This document shows positions 10,017 through 18,166 of a stretch of DNA of 21,677 bases, piece after piece. The position numbers were made by a program, and so were the translations under genes. This DNA is from an uncultured archaeon (GTDB lineage Archaea > EX4484-52 > JAADEF01): assembly GCA_964407715.1 (NCBI GenBank), contig CAYOWP010000014.1, positions 1 through 21,677 on the forward strand. Direction: 5' to 3'. A model generated the notes under the pieces. The model was not told the DNA's origin and ran no database searches. It saw only the letters and a program-made list of their open reading frames with translations. Position 1 is the first letter of the stretch. Each line of letters begins with the position of its first letter.

Positions 10017-11522
10017 CTATATCCTTACAATTATATTATCTTTATGCAAATGCGGTAATTTCTTATGATTTAGATATATTTCATACTCTTCTGATGGAAT
10101 ATTAATCTCAAGGTTGTAATCCTTCATTTTCTCATCACATTCTATTTCAATTTTCTTTCTCTCTTTATCATAGATTATGTTGAGATTTATATTTTCATAA
10201 GATAATCCATGATAAAGGATTTTCTTTTCATATAAATGTTTATTTTCAAATTCCAAATGTATTTTATTTAGGATATTATTTACCTCCACTTTTATTATCT
10301 CCTTAAAGTATTTCATAAAGATAATAGTAGCGAAGAATATATCATTATAAAATAAAAGATAATTTTTGAGCGTATCATAATCATTGATTTCTAATCTGCT
10401 GAGCAAATGAGTATAGCTGTGTTTTTCCTTTGTTAGTTTTAAAATTACATAATCTCTCACGCTCTCGGGTAAATCCTTAAGATATATCTTTACCAATAGA
10501 TATATAGATAAAGGATCCTTTAAGAGGTTTTCATCTTTACTAAGAAAATCTATGACCTTTAGCTTTGTTTGGTAATCCTCTTTGTAAAGATGTTCAAATA
10601 ATATATATTCATCCTTGCTCTCTATTTTTATTTTTGTGAGATAATCCAAGAACTTTTCTATTTTTTCTTCTTTATGTGAAAATTTGGAATATGATTTTAA
10701 TAAAAACATAAAAGCATAGTTATATATTCCTCTATTCTTATGGATTTTCTTGCTTAACTCCTCAATGAATTTTTCTACTATTTCATGGCCTCCTAATTCC
10801 AATAATATTAAAGAAAACAATATTTGTCTTGTCATATCTTCTCCTATCTCAGCATAACATATCTTATTTTTTTCTTTTTCTTTTATGCTACTCGCAATCA
10901 TGCTCTTACATATATTGAGAAGAGAGTTTAAATGAATGTTATCTGTTTTTATAGTAAAATTATTTATGATATCATACATGCATGACACATATTTCCTGCT
11001 TTGTTTGTCATTATCATTGACAAGGATATATGGATGAATTCCTTCATGCTCTAAGTTATTTAATATGGAATCAATATAATCTCTGCTTCCATAAAGAATC
11101 GTGATTTTTTTTGATTCCAAAGGATTTATTTCCACGCGTAGTGATGATGAATCTCTTGATGAAATATTGTTAATGACTAATATCTTATCTTTATCTATGA
11201 TCCAACCCTCTCTTACATCATCCCACATAAAAGAGGAAGAAGAAATATACATGTTTATAGATTCTTTTTTATGAGCATTATTTTTTAATGATAACTTAAT
11301 ATAAAAACCTTTTTTTAATGAGAACACATAAGCATATCCGCTAACTAAGGATGTATTACTTTTTACCTTAAACACACTACCAAATGGATTGTCTATATCA
11401 TCTATCTGAAACTTGAGATTCTCAAATAAGATATCAAATGTTCCTTGAGTTTTATAATCAACAACCTTTATCTTCCTATGATCCAAAAAGAGATTTTCTT
11501 GAGGATTTGAGATTATAACCAT
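10017..11522 (-). CDS. Hypothetical protein (501 aa), possibly a degenerate glycoside-hydrolase-like fold
   Basis: Long ORF co-directional with cutA; beta-rich N-terminus, helical middle, beta-rich C-terminus; no clear catalytic motif. Confidence 0.7.
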   Translation of the reverse strand: MVIISNPQENLFLDHRKIKVVDYKTQGTFDILFENLKFQIDDIDNPFGSVFKVKSNTSLVSGYAYVFSLKKGFYIKLSLKNNAHKKESINMYISSSSFMWDDVREGWIIDKDKILVINNISSRDSSSLRVEINPLESKKITILYGSRDYIDSILNNLEHEGIHPYILVNDNDKQSRKYVSCMYDIINNFTIKTDNIHLNSLLNICKSMIASSIKEKEKNKICYAEIGEDMTRQILFSLILLELGGHEIVEKFIEELSKKIHKNRGIYNYAFMFLLKSYSKFSHKEEKIEKFLDYLTKIKIESKDEYILFEHLYKEDYQTKLKVIDFLSKDENLLKDPLSIYLLVKIYLKDLPESVRDYVILKLTKEKHSYTHLLSRLEINDYDTLKNYLLFYNDIFFATIIFMKYFKEIIKVEVNNILNKIHLEFENKHLYEKKILYHGLSYENINLNIIYDKERKKIEIECDEKMKDYNLEINIPSEEYEIYLNHKKLPHLHKDNIIVRI

Positions 11523-11584
11523 AAATAAAATAATATAAACACAATAATTATATATTTATTTTTGAGAACAAAAAGGGTGTTTAC

Positions 11585-11980
11585 ATGGCAAGCATTCCTT
11601 ACAATGATCAATCTAAAACACTCAAGGAGATAATTAAAATAATTAAGGAATTGGCCCAACGTATACGAATGATAGAGGAAAGAATCTCTAAAATTGAGAA
11701 TGCCATAAATGAGTTGAATACAAAGCTTCATGATGAACTTCAAATCATTAATGAATATAAAACTGAGACAAACAATAGATTAAATAAGTTGGAAGTTGAT
11801 ACTACAAATCAAGCAATAAACATAAAAAACATAGAAAGAAAATTAAAAGAATATGCTCGAAAGACAGAGTTAAGAGAACTAAAAGAATATATTGACCTAA
11901 TAAAACCAATTAATAAGATATATGTTACTCGGAAAGAACTAAAAGAAATTATGAAAAGAGAAAATATGAAAAATAAATAA
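11585..11980 (+). CDS. Coiled-coil hypothetical protein
   Basis: 131-aa ORF with heptad pattern; AGGGTG RBS-like sequence upstream. Confidence 0.8.
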   Translation: MASIPYNDQSKTLKEIIKIIKELAQRIRMIEERISKIENAINELNTKLHDELQIINEYKTETNNRLNKLEVDTTNQAINIKNIERKLKEYARKTELRELKEYIDLIKPINKIYVTRKELKEIMKRENMKNK

Positions 11981-11996
11981 GTTAGGGTCGAAAATT

Positions 11997-13616
11997 ATGG
12001 AAAAATCATTAAGAATACTTTTCTTGTTATTTTGTCAATATTTGCTTTTAAATGTTGTGTCAGCAGTTAAAATAAGTAATTGTGCCACTTTAACTGATAA
12101 TGGTTATTATATCTTAGGAAAGGATATATTCTTCACCTCTTCAGAATGTATCAAAATAGAGAATGTATCTTTTATGATATTTGATTGCAATAATCATTCC
12201 TTTTCTTCCTCTTTTTCAGGAACTGCCATTTTAATACATAATTCATCAAATGTTCACATATCCAACTGTAACTTCTATAACTCCACAACCTCTATTAATA
12301 TTACTAATGGCGTTAATATAACCATTAATAAAATATATGATTATAACTCTACATTATCTCTATATTTAGAAGATGTTAACAGCACAAATATATTTGACAT
12401 CTCACTTGAGGAACTAAGTAAGGGAATATATGCAATGAAATCCAATAATCTCAATATATCATATCTCTCTATTAAAGGCTTAGGAAATGAGAATGGAATA
12501 AAGATAGATAACTCCAATGAAATTAATGTCTCTCATATCAATATCTCTTCTTTCTCTTATGGAATTATAGTTAACAACACACAAAACATGAAGATATTTA
12601 ACAATAATATATCCTATAATACCTATGGAATCTGTACAAAAAACTCAAATTATATAACAGTCTATAATAATTTATTCATAAACGATGTGAACTTTCAAGA
12701 TGATGGCTCATCAAACATTTATTTGTCAATCTCCAAGGATTGTACGCAAAAAGCCATAACAAAGGCTCCTTGTATTGGAGGAAATTTTTGGGGAAATTCA
12801 ACAAAAACTGATTTCTCAGACACTTGCAACGATACTAATGGAGATGGTTTTTGTGATAATTCTTATACAATAGGATCACTAACAGACTCTTTACCTTTAT
12901 CGCCCTATATATTCATTAATGTAAAAATTAACCCAACCAATTATGATGTTAATTCAACAGAAGAATTCATAATTAAAGGAAATGCAAAAATAATGCCATA
13001 TCTTGCGCCATATGATGGAGATGTAAGTGTTTATTTATCCTCAAGCGGATTCATAAAAAACATATCTTCAAATAATGGGAACATCTATGATTCATTTATT
13101 CATCCAGCAAATTCATATGATAAGCAAGCATATCTCATAGGCTATAATGCAAGTTATATCTCCAACAATACCTATTACCTCATGCCAAGAATCTTTACTC
13201 TTGGCATAAAAATAAAAGGAGGAGTTCCAGTAGAAAGGAATTCTGTATATAAATATTCTCTTATAATGGTAAATAATCTTTACATCTTTCTTTTGCCGAC
13301 ATTATTTAAATCAGAAACAGCAGAGCTATATACATCTGAGCAAGGTCTAAAGGTGGATCCATCAATGGAAAGCATAATTATGGGAGTATTTCATTCATAT
13401 ACTGATAGTGATGCTTTGCGTAATAGAATATCTCTATTTTATGAGAATGAGTATTGTACCTTCTCTTTTGGAGATATTATAAATAAAAAATGTAATGTCG
13501 TTATTCCTATTTATTCTGAACTTCCATTGATGGCATCATTTAAATCTATAGGAGAAGGAAACTATGTTTTCATTTTGAAAAGATTAAGGGATAGTATTAG
13601 TCTTAGTTTGAAATAA
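11997..13616 (+). CDS. Secreted NosD-like right-handed parallel beta-helix protein
   Basis: Signal peptide; ISNC..L..GYYIL..DI, FDCNNH, repeated GI-x-x-x-NS-N-x-x-I units; GGNFWG...CNDTNGDGFCD cap motif. Confidence 0.85.
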   Translation: MEKSLRILFLLFCQYLLLNVVSAVKISNCATLTDNGYYILGKDIFFTSSECIKIENVSFMIFDCNNHSFSSSFSGTAILIHNSSNVHISNCNFYNSTTSINITNGVNITINKIYDYNSTLSLYLEDVNSTNIFDISLEELSKGIYAMKSNNLNISYLSIKGLGNENGIKIDNSNEINVSHINISSFSYGIIVNNTQNMKIFNNNISYNTYGICTKNSNYITVYNNLFINDVNFQDDGSSNIYLSISKDCTQKAITKAPCIGGNFWGNSTKTDFSDTCNDTNGDGFCDNSYTIGSLTDSLPLSPYIFINVKINPTNYDVNSTEEFIIKGNAKIMPYLAPYDGDVSVYLSSSGFIKNISSNNGNIYDSFIHPANSYDKQAYLIGYNASYISNNTYYLMPRIFTLGIKIKGGVPVERNSVYKYSLIMVNNLYIFLLPTLFKSETAELYTSEQGLKVDPSMESIIMGVFHSYTDSDALRNRISLFYENEYCTFSFGDIINKKCNVVIPIYSELPLMASFKSIGEGNYVFILKRLRDSISLSLK

Positions 13617-13742
13617 TGGGGACGCTGGGATTTGAACCCAGGGCCGTGGGTTTCCCCACTCTACGAATCATTGCATTAGAGCTCATAGCTCCACAGCATA
13701 TATGCTCTGGAGCCCACGATGTTCCCGCTACACCACGTCCCC
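13617..13742 (-). tRNA. tRNA-Trp (CCA) with a 55-nt intron at position 37/38
   Basis: Acceptor stem GGGGACG/CGTCCCC; anticodon arm GTGGG-CTCCAG^A-CCCAC; T-arm CTGGG-TTCAAAT-CCCAG; 71 nt after removing 13652-13706; BHB with CUCC/GGGG helix and AG^A / AA^A bulges. Confidence 0.95.
13652..13706 (-). ncRNA. tRNA-Trp intron with a putative C/D-type guide for Cm34
   Basis: Intron contains TGGAGCT-ATGA, complementary to tRNA positions 30-36; the 5th nt upstream of the ATGA box pairs with C34. Confidence 0.55.
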
Positions 13743-13789
13743 AAATACACACAATATTATTTAAAATCTATTATGTTTTTAAAAGATTT

Positions 13790-14422
13790 ATGGCAAGGAA
13801 CATGCATGTCTCTTCTCCTGAAGATATCATAAGAAAACTCAAAGTATCATATGATAAATTCGCAGAGGATTTTGCGAATACAAGGAAAGATAAGGAATGG
13901 AAAGAAGTCATAGAGTATCTAAAATCTTTACCTTCAAACATCACACTTTTGGATGCAGGATGTGGTTATAATAGATATGGAAAATATATAAATGGAACTC
14001 ATGTATGCATGGATTTTTCAAAAAATCTTATAAAAATTTCCATGGCAGATTATCAGCAAAGCATATATGTTGTAGGAAATATAATAGATTTACCATTTAA
14101 AGATGCTTCCTTTGAGTATTCCATATGCATAGCAACTGTTCATCATTTACCTTCTAAGACACTAAGAAAGAGAGCTATTAATGAGCTTATTAGAGTATCA
14201 AGAAAAGCCATATTTTTAAGTGTCTGGTACAAGCATCAAAAAAAATTTGAAAATCTTCCAAAGGATGTAGATGTAATGTGGAGAAAGAAGTATTTCAGAT
14301 ATTATCATCTCTATGATTTCAAGGAAATTGTTGAAGACATAATTAAGGGCATGCATTATAAAGAGATTTTTTCTTTTGTTGATTATCACAAAAGAAATAT
14401 ATATGTTGAGATTGTAAAATAA
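13790..14422 (+). CDS. Class I SAM-dependent methyltransferase, Trm9/ALKBH8-like
   Basis: YDKFAEDFANTR..W, LLDAGCG, SICIATVHHL..LRKRAINELIRV, SVW, DVDVMW and RYYHLY resemble Trm9 motifs. Start set at ATG 13790 because the upstream ORF extension is antisense to the tRNA. Confidence 0.8.
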   Translation: MARNMHVSSPEDIIRKLKVSYDKFAEDFANTRKDKEWKEVIEYLKSLPSNITLLDAGCGYNRYGKYINGTHVCMDFSKNLIKISMADYQQSIYVVGNIIDLPFKDASFEYSICIATVHHLPSKTLRKRAINELIRVSRKAIFLSVWYKHQKKFENLPKDVDVMWRKKYFRYYHLYDFKEIVEDIIKGMHYKEIFSFVDYHKRNIYVEIVK

Positions 14423-14445
14423 AGCTCAGCAAAGATCAAGTATTG

Positions 14446-14772
14446 CTAAGCAAAATAAAGATAATTCTTCAAATTTTTTATCCTTCTCTTTTTCTCATCA
14501 ACTTCTATTCCCTCTTTTTTAAGTTTTCTTATTTTTTCTTTAATTCCTATGTTATATCCACCAAGAGAGCTGTCACTCTTTACCACTTTATAGCATGGAT
14601 ATATTTCTGGATGTTTATTGGATGCTAAAATCTTTCCTATCACACGCGGATGAAGATGAAAGATATCTCCAAGCATTTTATAGGTAACAATCTTACCATT
14701 AGGTATCTTAAGTAAAAAAGAGAAGATCTCCTTCTTTATATCCTCAAAATTATTTTTTTTGTATCTCTGCAT
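14446..14772 (-). CDS. MGMT/Ogt-family (methylated-DNA--protein-cysteine methyltransferase) C-terminal-domain protein
   Basis: IPNGKIVTYK, HPRVIG, PCYKVV (canonical PCHRVV) and LGGY...KLKKEG motifs. Start probably ATG 14772, since the longer ORF overlaps S27ae. Confidence 0.85.
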   Translation of the reverse strand: MQRYKKNNFEDIKKEIFSFLLKIPNGKIVTYKMLGDIFHLHPRVIGKILASNKHPEIYPCYKVVKSDSSLGGYNIGIKEKIRKLKKEGIEVDEKKRRIKNLKNYLYFA

Positions 14773-14917
14773 ATCCACAATACCCACAAAACCTTCTCCC
14801 TGGCATCTTAGCAAGTATGCCTGTTTTGCATTTTGGACAGAGATCAAAATCTCTTATTAATTTTCCGTTCTCTATTTTATATTTTTTCCAAATATCCACC
14901 TTGGCATGTTTTCCCAT
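14750..14917 (-). CDS. rps27ae: 30S ribosomal protein S27ae (eS31), missing from the ORF track
   Basis: 55 aa MGKHAKVDIWKKYKIENGKLIRDFDLCPKCKTGILAKMPGEKVCGYCGYAEIQKK; CPKC...CGYC zinc ribbon; GGTGA RBS; canonical position after S24e. Confidence 0.92.
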   Translation of the reverse strand: MGKHAKVDIWKKYKIENGKLIRDFDLCPKCKTGILAKMPGRRFCGYCGYAEIQKK

Positions 14918-14926
14918 AATCATCAC

Positions 14927-15217
14927 CTAAGAAGTTGCTTCTTTTTTCTCTTTCTCTATGGTAATGGGTTTAGAATATATCAAAGCAAAAAATTCAAACA
15001 TTCTTCTTCCAGGCTTGCCCATAATATATTTTAAGTTAATGTGATTCTCTGGCACTTTATACTTAGATGATAAATATGAAATCATATATGCCTTTGAAGG
15101 AGTCCCTTTTGTTGAGATTACTATACCTCTAACCTCCTTTCTATTAAAGATTACATTTTCCTTCTCATTTTCTATTTTAACCTCATATTCCTCATTTGTT
15201 TTTTCATCCCCGCTCAT
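14927..15217 (-). CDS. rps24e: 30S ribosomal protein S24e
   Basis: EKENVIFNRKEV, GTPSK and ALIY motifs; position after spt4. Confidence 0.88.
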   Translation of the reverse strand: MSGDEKTNEEYEVKIENEKENVIFNRKEVRGIVISTKGTPSKAYMISYLSSKYKVPENHINLKYIMGKPGRRMFEFFALIYSKPITIEKEKKEATS

Positions 15218-15230
15218 TATGCTATCACCG

Positions 15231-15422
15231 TCATAAAACTTTTAATGCATATCTACCAGGTACCTTTTTCTCACTTAGTTCTGCTATCTCAGAGTTCTCT
15301 GGATCTAAAATCAATATGATCCCTTTAAATGATGTTGATAAATCCCTATTTTTACACACAACACATTCCTTCCCTTCCTCTATTATTCTACCACATAATT
15401 TACATGCTTTTTCTGTTGCCAT
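15231..15422 (-). CDS. spt4: Transcription elongation factor Spt4 (RpoE'')
   Basis: KACKLC..CVVC and FKGIILILDPENSEIA...PGRYALKV motifs; second ATG chosen from AGGTGA RBS spacing. Confidence 0.95.
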   Translation of the reverse strand: MATEKACKLCGRIIEEGKECVVCKNRDLSTSFKGIILILDPENSEIAELSEKKVPGRYALKVL

Positions 15423-15441
15423 ATACATTCACCTTGCTATA

Positions 15442-16002
15442 TCATTTATTATCTTTAGCCTTTTTTTCTTTTTCTCTTTTTATCCATGAAACAATACCTA
15501 ATCCTGGCTGTTTTAATGTAAGCAAAATCTTATTTTTATCTCCCTTATCTAAACTAATGCCTATAATTCTAGCAATGGCGCTATCTCCAATTTTTATTAT
15601 TTTTTTGTTATCCTCAGTGACTAGTGTAGATGTTTTTTTATTGTATTTTAGGAACTCATCAGTAATCTGTGAAATATGGGCTAAGGCATCTATTGGTCCA
15701 AATCTTATAAAAATTCCAAAATTTGTAACATCAACTATTTCCCCTTTTACTACCTCATGTAACATGGGCTCAAAAACAATAGCTTTTGCTTTTACCGGAT
15801 AATACACATTAGGATCCTCTTCAAATATTTCTCCTTCCCCAATATCCAAAATTTCAAGTATCTTCAAAAAATAATATTTCTTTAAAACGATTTTTCCTTC
15901 ATAAATCTCTTTTAAAGACTCTTTTAGTGATTTCCTTTTGTCCTCTCCCAGCATTTCAGGTTTTACTGGAACTGTGGCATTAAAAATAATTTCCTTAAAC
16001 AT
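15442..16002 (-). CDS. rpoE1: DNA-directed RNA polymerase subunit E' (Rpo7)
   Basis: EVVKGEIVDVTNFGIFIRFGPIDALAHISQITD (S1 domain) and LTLKQPGLG..W; GGAGG RBS before ATG 16002. Confidence 0.96.
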   Translation of the reverse strand: MFKEIIFNATVPVKPEMLGEDKRKSLKESLKEIYEGKIVLKKYYFLKILEILDIGEGEIFEEDPNVYYPVKAKAIVFEPMLHEVVKGEIVDVTNFGIFIRFGPIDALAHISQITDEFLKYNKKTSTLVTEDNKKIIKIGDSAIARIIGISLDKGDKNKILLTLKQPGLGIVSWIKREKEKKAKDNK

Positions 16003-16029
16003 TTTTATTCCCTCCATAACTAACAAGAA

Positions 16030-16335
16030 TTATTTAATAATCTCAAATTTCTTTGCTCTGATGCATTTATTTGAGAGATTATATTTACCACATTCAGTAC
16101 ATTTAAACCTTAAGAATATCTTTTGAGAGGTTTTTGCACCATATTTAACTCCATGTTCCATCTTTGGATATGGGCTACCTCCATAACCATAATGCAACTT
16201 TTCAAGTCTGTATCTTGATCCTGCCTTTAATGAACTTGTTTTCCTTCTTCCAGATGTTTTTATTCTCTCCACTTTTTGAACTGTGTGCTTATTACATACC
16301 CTACAATATCTTTTTACATATAAAGGAATTTTCAC
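16030..16335 (-). CDS. rpl44e: 50S ribosomal protein L44e (eL42)
   Basis: KIP...RYCRVCNKHT, GYGG and K.FLRFKCTECGK motifs; GTG start at 16335 after an AGGTGG RBS. Confidence 0.95.
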   Translation of the reverse strand: MKIPLYVKRYCRVCNKHTVQKVERIKTSGRRKTSSLKAGSRYRLEKLHYGYGGSPYPKMEHGVKYGAKTSQKIFLRFKCTECGKYNLSNKCIRAKKFEIIK

Positions 16336-16388
16336 ATACACCACCTTTAATTATATGTTTAAAAACCTATTAAATTTAAAAAAGTAAT

Positions 16389-17265
16389 GGTTTCTAAGTG
16401 CTATAATATTGCTCATTAATAATGTGCCTCTCGTTAACCATTTTTTATTCTTTTTTATTATTGGTTAACGGAGAAATATCGCTTTTCAAAAAGCATATCA
16501 CAGAATCGCAACCTCTATTAAGGGTTAGCTGCTTCCTAACTGCTTTCAAGGATTAGGTGCTACAATGTGCTTCATTGAGAGGATCTCTTTTCCTTAACCA
16601 TTTTTGTTTTTAAATGATTTTGTTAACGCGAGGATATCGCTAATACAAAGGTTTGAGAGCAGCTAACCTCTTCAAAAAGGTTAGCTGCTCACAGACCTCT
16701 TCAAAAGGTTAGCTGTTGTGATGTGCTTCATTAAGAGTATCTCTTCTCCTTAACCATTTTTATTTTTAAATGATTTTGTTAACGGGAGGATATCGCTAAT
16801 ACAAATGTTTTGCAGCATGCTAACCTCATTTTTAAGGTTAGCTTCTTCGATGAGATTAGTTGATTATGTATTTCTCTCCTTAACCATTCTTATTTTTAAA
16901 AAATGGTTAACGGGAAGGATCACCCATTCAAACCAGCATTGCAGCAGGTAGCCTCTAGTAAGGTTACTTGCTCTGCTAGGGCTTGTTGATGATGTATATC
17001 TTCCGTTAACAATTCTTATAAAAATTTTTAATTGGAGTGATTAACTAGAAGAAATCGCCATCATCAAGACTTTGTAGCATTATTATCTCTTAGAAATGTT
17101 AGCTGCTGTAAATGTTCTCTGAGAGGATTACTCATCCCGTTAACCATTTTAAATGGTTAACTGGAAGAAATCGCTTTTACAAAGGCTTTTCAGCATGCTA
17201 ACCTAATTGAGTGTTAGCTGTTCTAATATGATTTCTTAGCAGATTGTTCCTTCCGTTAATCATTT
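16389..17265. repeat. Array of alternating inverted ~50-bp arms (about 6 palindromic units, 116-159 bp period)
   Basis: Forward-arm GTTAAC-type cores near 16464, 16622, 16778, 16906, 17040 and 17156, each followed by a GCTAACC..GGTTAGC-type hairpin and a reverse arm. Internal 90-bp direct repeat 16565-16654 / 16721-16810. Confidence 0.9.
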
Positions 17266-17391
17266 TTATTATTTTTATATCAACAGAGGCATCTTAGAGC
17301 ATTTATTCTTTTAAAGATGTTATCATCTTCTATCTGTAAAACTCTATTTTTAATTCATCTTTTTAAATAGAAAAATTTGATAAAAAATTTT

Positions 17392-18165
17392 ATGTATAAG
17401 AGGAGGAAGATCGTAAATTTTTTAGATGAACTCTTGGAAATTAACGAGATAGAGGATGAGTGGTATGATAATGGTCTTATTGTGGAAGGCAGAGATAAAA
17501 TATTTTCGATTTCTTTTGCTATAGATCCAACAAAAGATATTGTAAAAAAGGCAATAGAAAGAGAATATGATATGCTGATTACTCATCATGGAATATTTTA
17601 TAAAAAAGCACCTTTGAGGATCAAGGGCAACATAAAAAAGAAATTAAATATTTTGATAGAAAGCAACATAAATTATTATGTGGCCCATTTACCTTTAGAT
17701 ATTCACGAGGAAATAGGAAATGCGCCAAATATACTTAGAAGATTAAATGCAAAATTTCTCACCACATGGGTAGTAGACGGTATTGAAATAGGAGCAATTG
17801 GTGAACTTCAGAAATCGATATCGTTTAATGAGCTTTTAGAATTTTTCAAAGAAAGAATAACAAACAAGGTAATAGGTATGAATTTTGGTCCTAAAAATGT
17901 CTCATTGATATGTGCCATTTCAACAGATGTAAATGATATCATTTATGATAGCGTTGAGTTTGATGCCATAATTTTGCCAACAATGGATCATATTTCTTAT
18001 CAAGATGCAAAAGAGTATGGAATCAATGTTATATATGCGAATCAATATGATTTAGATAAAATTTGCTTTGAGCTTTTGAAATCCAAAATTTTGAGAGAGT
18101 TTCCAAAGTTGCATATAGATTTCTTGTATGATAAGGATATGATTTCAAAGAATATACTTTTATAA
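17392..18165 (+). CDS. Nif3-like (DUF34) dinuclear-metal-centre protein
   Basis: D...NGLIVEG, AID, DMLITHHGIF and HLPLDIHEEIGNA motifs; ATG 17392 preferred over TTG 17377. Confidence 0.9.
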   Translation: MYKRRKIVNFLDELLEINEIEDEWYDNGLIVEGRDKIFSISFAIDPTKDIVKKAIEREYDMLITHHGIFYKKAPLRIKGNIKKKLNILIESNINYYVAHLPLDIHEEIGNAPNILRRLNAKFLTTWVVDGIEIGAIGELQKSISFNELLEFFKERITNKVIGMNFGPKNVSLICAISTDVNDIIYDSVEFDAIILPTMDHISYQDAKEYGINVIYANQYDLDKICFELLKSKILREFPKLHIDFLYDKDMISKNILL

Positions 18166-18166
18166 T

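Noticed and set aside
13616-13789. N-terminal 58 aa of the 268-aa ORF
   Set aside because: It is the antisense of tRNA-Trp plus the intergenic promoter region; methyltransferase similarity starts after ATG 13790.
16389-17265. CRISPR array
   Set aside because: Repeats alternate in orientation and are degenerate, the intervening segments are related to each other, the period is irregular (116-159 bp), and no cas genes are present.
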